From Camelus ferus (Eukaryota): 64,000 nt of DNA. The notes under the pieces were generated by a model. That model had not been told where the DNA came from. It saw only the letters and a program-made list of their open reading frames with translations, and did no database searches. Location of the stretch: NCBI RefSeq assembly GCF_009834535.1, contig NC_045697.1, forward strand, positions 87,360,001 to 87,424,000, read 5' to 3'. The translations under genes and the position numbers were made by a program. Positions 23,105 through 33,800 of this stretch are shown here, in pieces (within the stretch, counting starts at the first letter, position 1; every line of letters starts with the position of its first letter).

Positions 23105-25948
23105 GTGAGTGCTGGGCGATCGCCCTCGGGCTGCGGGGGGCGTGAGGCGCGCGGGCGGGCCGGGCCGGGCGGCAGGTGCGGGCCCCGGGGAGTGGCGCGG
23201 GGACCGGGACCGCGCGAGGGGAGGGGGAAGGGGAGGGGGCGCCCCCAGTGCGTGGCGCCGGTCCTCCCGCTGGGGCGTTCGGGGTCGGGTAACCGGGCGA
23301 GCGACCTTCCACAGCCGCGGAGGACGGCGAGGCGGAGTTCCCTGTCTCCAGTCGCCTGGAGTGGTGGCGCCGTGACCCGGGGTCAGAAGGATCCTCCACG
23401 CGAAAGGCGCATTCAGGGAGACTTTTGGCGGGGCGGGGGCGGGGAGTGCCGCGGAGCTGCTCTGCAGGTACCCGCGGCGGGCTTTCCGGGTCGGAGGTTC
23501 CCGTTGACTGGGGCCCGGGAACGACGTGTGCAAGTCCGGAGTTCGCTGGTGACCCCCGGGCCGAGTCAGTCTGCGCCCCACCGAGCCTTCACTTTATTCT
23601 TGTGGCGAGAGCGGTGGAGCGGCGCGGGGAGGGGAGAGGGCACTGCCACTTTAAAAGTGGGGAAGTCCGCCCTCCTGAGGTAATGGTAACCTCAGCCTCC
23701 TCCCCTCCTCCTGCCCGGGAGAGAGGGAGCGAGAGAGAAAACTTGTTTTCATTCATAACTTTTTCCTTTTCCTTCCTCTCCGTCAACTATTTATTCCTCG
23801 CTCGTCTGCGCGCGGATCGCAGAGGGCGCAGCTCTGCCGTGGTAACTGGCAATGTGGCGACGCCGTTCTGCCGCCCCTGCCCCCGACTCGCGGCTCCCCG
23901 GCTCTTTAGGAAGCCGTCTTTTCCTTTAAAGTGTAGACAGATTTTTATTTATAACCCTCCCTGCCATGGGCTTGCTTTTTGGCGCCCGCTTTCGCCGTGA
24001 AGGCTCTTCCTGATGTGTAAGCATCCTTGGTGGGATACGCCAAAAGGTTTTGGAAATCCGCGGTGATCCTTAGGCTGTGATGGGATTGTTCGAAAAGGTA
24101 TTCGACTTCGACTCGGGGGTTTCTTGGGGGAAAACAGGCGGCTGAGAGCGAGCGAGCGTGTTTGGGGCTAGATGGAGGACTGTCACTGCTGGAAAGGGGG
24201 CTTTGCAGCAGATAGAGGTGGCTGATTTTCTTGACTTTTTCTCTTTATCTGGTAGTCTGCTTTTCTAGCCAGCATGAACTTTGTTACAGCTAGCATTTAA
24301 AACTTGGATTAAAGTCGTGCCTGGTGTCTTTCCTGTCCTCTTCAGATCCACGCTGTTTTCTTTCGTGTGGAATCTGACTTAGTACTTTTAGAGGTTTCTT
24401 GGCTTTAAAAGCACTGCGTTAAAAAGTTCTTTGGGAGGAGGAATGATATTGTTTAGAATAACGATGGAATATTTGTAACAGTCCTTAAGGACTCCAGGAC
24501 TAAACTTAGCAGGTTGTGAGTGTGTTTCTCCTCTTGTGCAGAGAAGGTAGAACACAGTAGAAAGTTGAGGATCTGAGTTGGGAGGATGAAGGAGGGGAAC
24601 TCCAAGAAGTTTACATGTAAGACTTAGTCTAGGGACTTTCAGTGGAGTTAATAGATGAAATGGGCTTATTTCCACTTTGTTCCTTAAACTGGTGTGTTTT
24701 GGTTCAAGGTGGTAGTGGAGAATTGGCTTTTTTTTCATTTCCTTCTTGAATTGGATCAAATTTGTAGATTTTGTGAGGAATTTGTGTGAAAATTTTTCTA
24801 GTTTACCACTGACTGAAAACGGAAACTTTTTTATGTTTGATTGTTTTATAAAGAATGCATTATAAATTAGAAACAATTTACTGTTGGTGTGGAAACACAT
24901 GCTTATTTTTATCAGGATATTACTGTACTTTATTACAAGAAGCACACTGATTCAGAGTTGGCAGTACTTTTGAAAATCAAGATCTGGCATGTAAATACAG
25001 ATTTTTAAATTAGAGGAATACAGATAATTAAAATGGCCAGGATTTCCCCATACTAATTTAAAGGCCTAATACTTATTTGTATGTGAAAGTTATCTCGTTA
25101 TGTATGTGAGCCCTTATTTAAACTTAAAAAAAAATCCTTTCGTGATTTCAAGTGTGAATACTCTCACATTCATAGAACTGTACATTGAGTTTTGTGTGTG
25201 CTTTAGAGGCTGTAAAACACCAAGAACTGTTGTATTTGCCTACATTCGCTTTTGCTAGCTAATAATGAGCTAGCTTTAAAATTCTAGCTTCTACTGCAAA
25301 TGATCTCTGACTTTGAGATTCCATTTTAGTTTGGAATCTCTTGGATTTTTTTTTTTAATGTGTGAAGTATGCCTTCACTAATTTCCTCAAGGTTAATTGA
25401 ATCTGTAACAGCAAACAAATAACAAAAGGCAACAGCACCAAAGCCATTCTTAATTTTTTTTTAAGTGGATATTTTTGTTTATGTAAAACACCCATGAACT
25501 GATACTGAGCTCTCTTTAGGTGAGGTATTTATTAGTGCGTGTACTTAATATTCCCCACTAGGGCATACTCCATTTTAATTGTTTGTTAGATTTGCAAACA
25601 GGAAGGCATTACTTCTTGATTCTGCTTTTAAAAGTTGAAAAAACTTCTAATTCTTGTGGCATGGGGTCTCTTGCTTACATTCTTCTTCTATGATGTGGTC
25701 CTCAGCCTCTCTTGGAATTGGATTCTGGCCAGGAACCCAGCATCATTGTAATCCGCTGGTGAGGGAGATCATTACCAGGTGGTTTAGGCAATTTGTGATT
25801 TGACAGGATTTCTCGCCTCTCCCCTCCCCCAAATGCTGCTTGTCATTTATTTTCTGTTTTGTTTTTTTTTTTTCATCTTTGATTTCCTTTTAGGATTTCA
25901 GATGCATGCCAGGTTTCCACTGATTGCCAGAATTCAAGATCACTACAC

Positions 25949-26908
25949 ATGGATCCCCAAAATCACCATGGCAGTGGCAGTTCATTAGTTGTGATCCAGC
26001 AGCCTGCTTTGGATAGCCGTCAGAGGTTAGACTATGAGAGAGAGATTCAGCCTGCTGCTATTTTGTCCTTAGACCAGATAAAGGCCATCAGAGGCAGCAA
26101 TGAGTACACAGAAGGGCCGTCTGCGGTGAGAAGACCTGCTCCTCGAACAGCACCAAGACAAGAAAAGCATGAAAGGACTCATGAAATCATACCAATTAAT
26201 GTGAATAATAACTATGAGCATAGACCTACCAGCCACCTGGGACATGCAGGACTCTCAAATAATGCCAGAGGCCCCATATTGAGCAGATCGACCAGCACTG
26301 GAAGTGCAGCCAGTTCTGGGAGCAACAGCAGTGCCTCTTCTGAGCAGGGCCTGCTGGGACGGTCACCACCAACCAGGCCCATCCCTGGCCATAGGGTGGA
26401 AAGGGCAATCCGGACCCAGCCCAAGCAGCTGATTGTGGATGACTTAAAGGGTTCCTTGAAGGAGGACCTGACACAGCACAAGTTCATTTGTGAACAGTGT
26501 GGGAAGTGCAAGTGTGGAGAATGCACAGCTCCCAGGACCCTGCCCTCCTGTTTGGCCTGTAACCGGCAGTGCCTTTGCTCTGCTGAGAGCATGGTGGAAT
26601 ATGGCACCTGCATGTGCTTAGTCAAGGGCATCTTCTACCACTGCTCCAATGATGATGAAGGGGATTCTTACTCGGATAATCCTTGCTCCTGTTCACAGTC
26701 ACACTGCTGCTCTAGGTACCTGTGTATGGGAGCCATGTCTCTCTTTTTACCTTGCTTACTCTGTTATCCTCCTGCTAAGGGATGCCTGAAGCTGTGCAGG
26801 GGGTGTTATGACTGGATTCATCGCCCAGGGTGCAGATGTAAGAACTCCAACACTGTCTATTGTAAGCTGGAGAGCTGCCCCTCCCGGGGTCAGGGCAAAC
26901 CGTCATGA
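25949..26908 (+). CDS. SPRY1: Sprouty RTK signaling antagonist 1 (protein sprouty homolog 1), 319 aa, single coding exon
   Basis: ORF runs MDPQNHHGSG...GQGKPS. It has the Cbl-TKB-binding NEYTEGP motif with Tyr at residue 53, a Ser-rich SRSTSTGSAASSGSNSSASSEQ segment and the C-terminal Cys-rich Sprouty (SPR) domain (CEQCGKCKCGEC...RPGCRCKNSNTVYCK). Length and N-terminus match SPRY1 rather than SPRY2-4. Confidence 0.99.
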   Translation: MDPQNHHGSGSSLVVIQQPALDSRQRLDYEREIQPAAILSLDQIKAIRGSNEYTEGPSAVRRPAPRTAPRQEKHERTHEIIPINVNNNYEHRPTSHLGHAGLSNNARGPILSRSTSTGSAASSGSNSSASSEQGLLGRSPPTRPIPGHRVERAIRTQPKQLIVDDLKGSLKEDLTQHKFICEQCGKCKCGECTAPRTLPSCLACNRQCLCSAESMVEYGTCMCLVKGIFYHCSNDDEGDSYSDNPCSCSQSHCCSRYLCMGAMSLFLPCLLCYPPAKGCLKLCRGCYDWIHRPGCRCKNSNTVYCKLESCPSRGQGKPS

Positions 26909-27097
26909 TTTTTGGAGGTGGGTTGGACCTCCTGAACTTCTAGCTTTCAAGCTGTGGCTGTTAAAAAAAGATCCCATTAGATACTGGTTTTATTTTCGTT
27001 ACAGTTTTTCCCTGTTTCCCACCTTCTCTCCCCCTCTTCCCAAGGTCTGACTCATGGATTTTACTCTTCTCTAATGGATGATCTTCAGTAAGAGTGA

Positions 27098-27105
27098 ACT
27101 GTGAA
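27098..27105 (+). promoter_or_regulatory. miR-27 8mer seed match in the 3'UTR
   Basis: ACTGTGAA is the complement of the miR-27-3p seed UCACAGU plus A1. Confidence 0.5.
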
Positions 27106-27334
27106 ACTGCACCTGGCTCCCCCTTGTGACACGAGCCTCTGCCATCCACTCGAGAGGGTATTGAGAGCCCGTGGGCTTTTGTGTAGCCTTTTTGTTCTGC
27201 AAGCAACTTTCCAAAGTTGTACACGTGAACATATCCACACACACACCCAGACTACAGTGATTTAGAGCTGTTTTTGATTGGGTACTCTGGGAGCAGGGAA
27301 ATTGGTTTAAAGAAGCAACTGTCTAATTGCTTAA

Positions 27335-27342
27335 ATAAGCTA
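27335..27342 (+). promoter_or_regulatory. miR-21 8mer seed site in the SPRY1 3'UTR
   Basis: ATAAGCTA is the complement of the miR-21-5p seed (AGCUUAU) plus A1. SPRY1 is an established miR-21 target. Confidence 0.85.
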
Positions 27343-27711
27343 TGTATTAAATCTATCTCCAGTTAGGGCTGTCTTCATCGAATTGGACCCTTGAAGAGCT
27401 TGGGGCGGGTTGTTTTTGTTAAAAACATTAAAACTCTCCTTTAACCACTACCTTTTCCTTCTCACCCCTCAGCGTTCTCTCCCCTCAGTTTTGGCATTAT
27501 GTTATTCTAGAGATGCCAGGGTTGTTTTGTTCTGTGTAATTTTAGATTCGCCTTACAGTGTAAGTCTTCAAATTGGAGATTATTGGTTGTATCTTGCTCA
27601 TCCTTATTCAGGCTTCCATATTTGTGAAGGACTCGACTACCTTCCTTCTGTACCCCATGCTTTTCACCAAATTTCTCCTGTCGTTGAGGGCACTTGGATA
27701 ACTGAAGTTGA

Positions 27712-27989
27712 TATTTATAGCTGATCAATCTAGAGGTGTCACAGAACTATGCTGCCTAAAGTGATCTTGGCTCCTTAATGGCTTTTGGCCCCTGGGTTAG
27801 TTAACAGCTGAGTAATTCTAATCTTGTCTGTGTTTTCATTGCCTTAACCACAAATTGTGGTGCTTTTTGTATATTTTATGTATAAATCACAAAGTTGAAT
27901 TTTGACTATTTTTAAGACAAAAGTCTGTTAAACTTTTTTATTGTAAAGAATATTTATTATGCGAATCTCTATTATTTTATGATATTTAT
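27712..27989 (+). promoter_or_regulatory. AU-rich elements in the distal 3'UTR
   Basis: TATTTAT heptamers at 27712, 27951 and 27983 within U-rich sequence, typical of unstable feedback-inhibitor mRNAs. Confidence 0.55.
27858..27864 (+). promoter_or_regulatory. miR-29 7mer-m8 seed site in the SPRY1 3'UTR
   Basis: TGGTGCT is the complement of the miR-29 seed AGCACCA. SPRY1 is a reported miR-29 target. Confidence 0.7.
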
Positions 27990-27996
27990 TGCAAAA

Positions 27997-28003
27997 GACT
28001 GTT
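27997..28003 (+). promoter_or_regulatory. miR-132/212 7mer-m8 seed match in the 3'UTR
   Basis: GACTGTT is the complement of seed AACAGUC, in an AU-rich context near the 3' end. Confidence 0.55.
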
Positions 28004-31000
28004 GAAATGTACTCATGTCTGAATATAACAAAATATCAATACGTAACGGAAAATAAGGTGACACGAGGAAAGTACATATGTTAACTATAATGCAGAAAAT
28101 ATATTAATTAATGAAACTGTCTCTTGGTTTCTTCATTTATGAGCCTGTACTGTTGTGGTTTTTGTCATTTGCTTTGACTTTATGCATACCCATTTTCTTT
28201 CTCTCCCTTAACATACCAAATCTAGATGCAGATGAGCTCAAATTTTGAACTAGATGTTTCCTGAAAAATGCATTAATCAAGGTTTTGTCATCAAAATTCT
28301 GTTTCAACAAATGCCCAAGTGAATCACTTTACAAAGTGAAAATTATTTTTGTGGTTAGTATTAACGATTCCTCCCTATTTTGGCTGTTTGGTAAGCAAAG
28401 GGTTTTGTGTGTATCAGTTTCCTGGAATGGGACGTATCTGTATGTTTAAAAAAAAAGTTTATCTTAACTCTTCTGGATTAGTCAGAAATTAGTTTTCATC
28501 AACAAAACTTAAAGAACTTAGTTCTACAGGCATGCTAGAAGTCTCTGGCACTGTCACTTTAAAAAAACACTCTAGAAGTTAAGAGTGCACCAAGGGAATG
28601 GTTAACATTATCAAAGAGATGTTTTAAAAACATTCTGGTCCTTACGTTTTCATTTCCTTTAAAAAGTCTTTAATGTGGCCTGATCAAATGATATTTTGTC
28701 ATGTCTTGTGGAATAAGAAATCTGAGGGCCTGAAACTCTATTTAGAAAAGGTAAATATTTTTAGTTTTAGTCAGTGGAAGCCATGACGTAGAATCATTGG
28801 GTCTGAAAAAATTTCATTCATGTGAATCCTCAGTCCCAGTTCCACTAACTCCTCCCTATTCCTGAGTGATGTGTCAAACCTGAATAAATCTGTATTTGAG
28901 AATCAGATGTTGACATAATTTGAACCCAGGATTTAGGCTGTCAAAGCTCTTGTCCAGCTCTTTTGGTTGATGTCTCTTACGTGATTTGGCTACCAGCTTT
29001 AGGAGTATTTATTCTTTGTAAATAGGCTTTGATTTTGTTGTAATCAGACAAGACATACGTGATAGAAACTTGTTTTAATGCTTTTTCATCAAGCCACTAA
29101 ACCTATTAGTTGGCAATGTGACATTTGATATAATCAAGTATTTGCTCTGGAAGCAGGGATTTTTTTTTTAATGAGTATTTGTGTTTTGAAGGCTATTTCA
29201 TAATCTACAGTATTTCAAAATGTGAATTTATTTCCTCTTGTACTCAAGTTATGTGATGTTATCACTGGTCCCTTAATACTGAATATTTCGTTGAGATTGG
29301 CTCCTTGATGAAGTGTATAAACAGACTCCCTCAAAATACTGTGTAACTTTCCTTTGTTATTCAGATCCTTGGTGTGATTAGGAGTTGTAAGAGCTGTCTG
29401 TAGCTATGCTAACCAGACTAAGAAGCTGCAGCTTTTATTGAAAGAAATTTATAACTTTTATGAGAATGAGGTATGCTGTGGAGTTTTAACTTCTGGCTGT
29501 GTGTGGAATACATTAAAATGACAATAGTGAGATGGTAGTCCGCTCCGCCAGGGCTCTGGATGTACTCGGGCATAATGTCAGGCGCGTGTTTGGAAATAGT
29601 GATAGGTTAGAGGTTCAGACGTCCAGTGTGTGCTTGTCAGGTGCAAAGCATAAACACTTTGATCAAAACTTCCTCCTTTGTGATGGTTTAAACCTATAAG
29701 GAAAAAATATTAGTGTCTTCATAAGTGCTTATGAGTCCTAGGCTTTTGAACCAAATACTGACGACCATTTCAGAGTGCTAAGGCTTGGAAAGCATCAGCA
29801 ATGCTGGAATTTCTTACCATGCTACTGCCATTTATTTGATACTGCCAAGTGACAAATACCAAATAGATGGGCTAATCTTTCCTTCTTATTTCAGTTTTGC
29901 ACCTCTTCCTCAACTGCCACATCTTGACAAGTGAGTATTTTTGTTCAATAGTTCCTTTCCAGCATATTTCCTGACTACCATTCTTTTCATTCAAAGAAGT
30001 TTTATTTAGATAATTTAATTGTGAATAAAACCTATAGGATTTCTAGAATTTCTGTAATTGAGTAGTTTCCTGTGAACAGTTTCAAAATGTAACCCAGCAG
30101 AAAAATGAAATGTGAAAAAGTAGATGTACTGCTTCTCAGGAAGACCCAAGATGAATCCTTAAGTTATAGCCTGTTATAATTATCATATGGTTTTCAAAGT
30201 CCAAACCATAGACCATTCCAGTCATTACTAAGAAAAGTAAAAATTAAAAACTAGTTGTTATAATGAAAGGAAATGAGTTAAAAACTAACCATGTTTTTAC
30301 ACTAAAGTTGATACTGGAACCAAACTCAGGATTCATTTCCAGAAGATTAATTTTTTTAATTGTCTCCTTTTCCTAAATCTTTCCCTTTTTTATAGAGTGA
30401 TGTATTTCAGACTAGTTTTTTGTTTGTTTTTGTTTTTACTCTATAGCAGAAAAGTACAATCCCATTTTCAAACATTGAAATATTGAAACAACAAAAAATA
30501 GAGTATCTAGACAATTCTCATCTTAACCTCTACCCCATCTCCCACCATAAATATATTTTTTTTAATTGCAAGAGAAAGTTTGGTGTTTATGAACATCTTG
30601 AAAACAAAACTTTAAATTCCCTTTTTGGCAAATTGACATTTGGAAGGCTTCAGTTATTTCGCTGATAAAGACAGCCATGTACTGCAGTGACAAGCTATTG
30701 ATTCTTCTGCTGTTCTCTCAGACCATTATTAAGCCATTTTGCTACATTTACAGAACAACTACTATGTGCATTACTCCATATGCAGAAGAATTGTAGAGCT
30801 AGAAATGGATCTTGGAATATACTTGCTTTTTGTTTTTCAACCATATATGAAAACAAATAGGTCACTAGTTAGAAAAGTTAAAAACGAGAAGTCTGTGTCA
30901 TAGCTCAGACTACTCTACCCGAAGAACCTCCAGGGGAGGATATTGGTATTCTTCATCTTAAAAAGCTTCCTGGGTGATTTTACCTGGCAATCTGGGAATT

Positions 31001-31679
31001 GCTTTTTTTTTTAGCTCAATGTGTTCCTTTGAGAATGTAGAAACAAAGGCCTTGCTTCAGAAGATAAAATGTTTGTGACAGTTAGCACAGAACCAGTTAC
31101 AGGACTGTCTTCATTTCTCAGCAGCAAGCCTGGTGCCTTCATGGTGTACATTAGCCTTTCTTTGCCAGAAAGTTTTTCCTTCATAATTAATATATTTGAC
31201 CATAATTCAGGACATGGAATGTTTTTCTGCACATACTACTTACACTTAGCTATCAGGAATAAGTAGCAAACGACATCATTGCCGTGATTATTTTTCATGT
31301 TAATATTAAAATTAACAACTTCATCTGAAAACAGCATGTGTGCTGGCCAAGTTTGTATGGTATAGAACAAATTGATTTGATCAGTTTGTAAAAGTAACTT
31401 GGTATCTAGATTTAAGAACTTGTGTGATGACATTTCTTGCCATTATTCTGGTTGCATCAGGATTACAGTGATTAAAAAGCAGATTTAAATGTTCTGTTTT
31501 GTACTATTAAAAAGATTGGTGTCAATCTGTGAGTTGAATCATACAAGATATGGCAATAATTCTAATAGCAAAAACATCAGAGGACCTAGAACTGTTTTGA
31601 AGTAGGTGATTTTGGAAAATATACTAGAAACCTCTATTATTCACTAGTAAGTAGTCCAAGACCTTGTTTTGGTAAAATT

Positions 31680-31805
31680 ATCATAGAATCATAATTTCAG
31701 TAGTAGGAAGAAACTTAGAGGTCATCTAATCCATCTTTTAAAATTTAGAGATGAGAAAGCCAGGTTCAGAGAGGTTACTTACCTAAAGTCATGATCTAGT
31801 TGCCA
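31680..31805 (-). mobile_element. MIR/MIR3 fragment
   Basis: CTTAGAGGTCATCTAATCCA..AGAGATGAGAAAGCCAGGTTCAGAGAGGTTACTTACCTAAAGTCA. Confidence 0.6.
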
Positions 31806-31929
31806 AAATAAAGTAAACTTAAAAAAAAAAAACTGCTCGCTGCCTATGTACCTGTGGTAAATGATTGGAAGAGAGGAGAGGTTGGTTGATGGGTAAGGGG
31901 AGGGTTTGAAGCAAAGTTTCAGGTTAATT

Positions 31930-33800
31930 TATCAGTTTAACAAATTTGTTAAAGCACAGTGGACTAATGGTAGTCCAAGGCATAGGAATAAGTACCAAAA
32001 GAAAGGAGTCAGACCAAACTAGCTGAAGAAATTTGATGTAAGAAAGCAAGGTGTGTGTTTAAGAAAAGTGAGTTCCAGTTTGGCTAGCAGTGGATCTCAA
32101 CTTTAGTTGTGGGTTAAAATCATCTGGGAGTAAAACAACAACAAACAAAACTTGTGTCCTGGGTGAGGCTTTGGCTTTTGTTTGTCTTAGAAGCACCCCA
32201 GATGATTCTAAGACACAGCCAGTCCCTCTGTGTGGGATTGTAGGTATGTGTAGAAGAATTGCGGGAGATTAAAATGGCAGATATTAAGGTAAGGAGACCA
32301 ATTTAGAAAAAGAAAGGTGGAGGCGCGAAGGGTCAGAACTAGCTTGGAGGTCAGTAGGAACGGGAAGAAGGGGTCACAAATGGCAAGTCTGTAGGACTGC
32401 GGTTATTTGTGTGTGGGTCTGAGACGGAGGAAAGCATTGAAAATGATAGGTCTGTTAAAAGAAATGGGTGGAATTAGCTTAGGAGGTATGTGGGGTGAGA
32501 AAGTTATGAGTTCTGTTGGGATAAACTCTTAAAGGGCAGGTGAGTTGCCAGTAGGTTACTGAGAAAAAAGTCTGAAGTTTGAGAGGTGGGTGATGGTCTG
32601 TCACCCACATGAGGGTGATGGGGAATCTGCAGCCTAGGTTCCTAAGGGGAAGAATGGAATTAAAAGCAGGCTAGGGACAAAACCTTGAGGAACATACTTT
32701 GGTTTAGGGAGCAGAATGGGGATTTAGAGCCAGTAGGCCAGAAGGGTGGTCAAAGAAACATAGGCATCGAAAGGCTGATATGTTTTAGAATCCAGAGGAG
32801 ACTTTCAAGATGGAAATTAGTAACTAAATGTCAGAAGCTGTGCAGACTCCCAGCTAAATTTGGTCTTTACTATTTAGGAGAAATTGTAATAAAAACCAGA
32901 TCGCATGGGATCAGGAAATGCGTGGGTGGTGAGTACATGCAGGTAACAGCTTTAAACTACTCTAGAGGTTTTGAGATGATAGGAAACTAACTAGAGGCAG
33001 GTAACAGCTGAGGAAGATTTTTAGAGTAACAGAAACCTGTGCCTTTTTGTCGGAAGAGAACAAGGGCGATGGAGAGATGGGGCAGAGGAAAGAGCTGAGG
33101 GAACACAATTCCGGAAGAGGGAGCACAAAGGGGCATTTTAACCTTCTCAAGAATGGTTCTTCTCCCAGAGGAAAGAAGAAAAGAGAAGAAAAAAACAATG
33201 GGAATTTAAGAGGGATGTTGTAGAAATGCACCGTGATTTTGGTAAATAGAGGATGGTCTTCTCTTGAACGTTAGGATGCATCAGAAACTGAGACTGGTTC
33301 CTGGTTCCTGGGAGCAGAGTCTAGAATGGCTAGAGGTGCAGATGCTAATGCATTGTCAGTGGGAACTGATGAAGCAAACCGGGAATTTTTTCGTGGGCCA
33401 CTAAGTGGTTTTCAGATTTTATCAAGACAGTCCTTGCAGCTGGTTAGAGGGGCAGTTAAGGCAGAGAGAGAATAAGGGACCATTAAGAAACTGAATTTCA
33501 AAGAGGAATTTTAGGGCCGTAGTCTGAGTATTTACTGAAATGGCTGGCCAGAAGAATTGGATGAAGGTTCCACTGAGGATGAAATGCAGGCTTATAGAGA
33601 GTATGGAAATAGCAAAGGTAGACTGTTAAGGACAGAGAATTTTCAAGTCAGATCTTAGAAGGTGGGCCATTTTCAAATGCTGAGGAAATCTGGGGTTTCT
33701 CTGTGCTTGGGGAGGTGAGGTAGAGAGGACATTTGGGGAGCAAAGGATGAAGAGGAGAAAACAGTCCAGTGTGTTAGAAGAGTTGTTAATTTAGGTATTA
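31930..33800 (-). mobile_element. Old fragmented L2 with a nested MER5-like DNA element (about 32088-32225)
   Basis: G/A-rich antisense L2 text. CAGTGGATCTCAACTTTAG..CCCCAGATGATTCTAAGACACAGCCAG is MER5-like. Confidence 0.55.

Larger units (their letters stand above)
21900..24160. promoter_or_regulatory. CpG island / SPRY1 promoter region
   Basis: Abrupt shift from AT-rich to very GC- and CpG-rich sequence. Contains GC boxes, an EGR1/WT1-type GCGGGGGCG at 23433-23441 overlapping GGGGCGGGG boxes, an ETS-like CCGGAAG at 22922 and TGACGT at 22608. Confidence 0.95.
25894..28120 (+). other. SPRY1: SPRY1 terminal exon (55-nt leader, CDS, about 1.2-kb 3'UTR); 3' end approximate
   Basis: Long T-rich tract and TTTTAG|GATTTCAG acceptor at 25893/25894, 55 nt before the ATG. 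The AU-rich 3'UTR ends near AATATA (28098) and AATGAA (28110), followed by GT/T-rich sequence. Confidence 0.85.

Noticed and set aside
21947..24000. Many long overlapping ORFs on both strands (up to 246 aa)
   Set aside because: Pro/Arg/Gly/Ala-rich translations of a CpG island, where stop codons are rare; no recognisable domains. Only the frames that splice into the SPRY1 exon are discussed as findings.
24388..24945. 185-aa minus-strand ORF in the SPRY1 intron
   Set aside because: Non-ATG start, composition tracks AT-rich intron sequence, and there is no homology or exon context.
26212..26631. 139-aa antisense ORF within the SPRY1 CDS
   Set aside because: Shadow ORF of the sense coding sequence.
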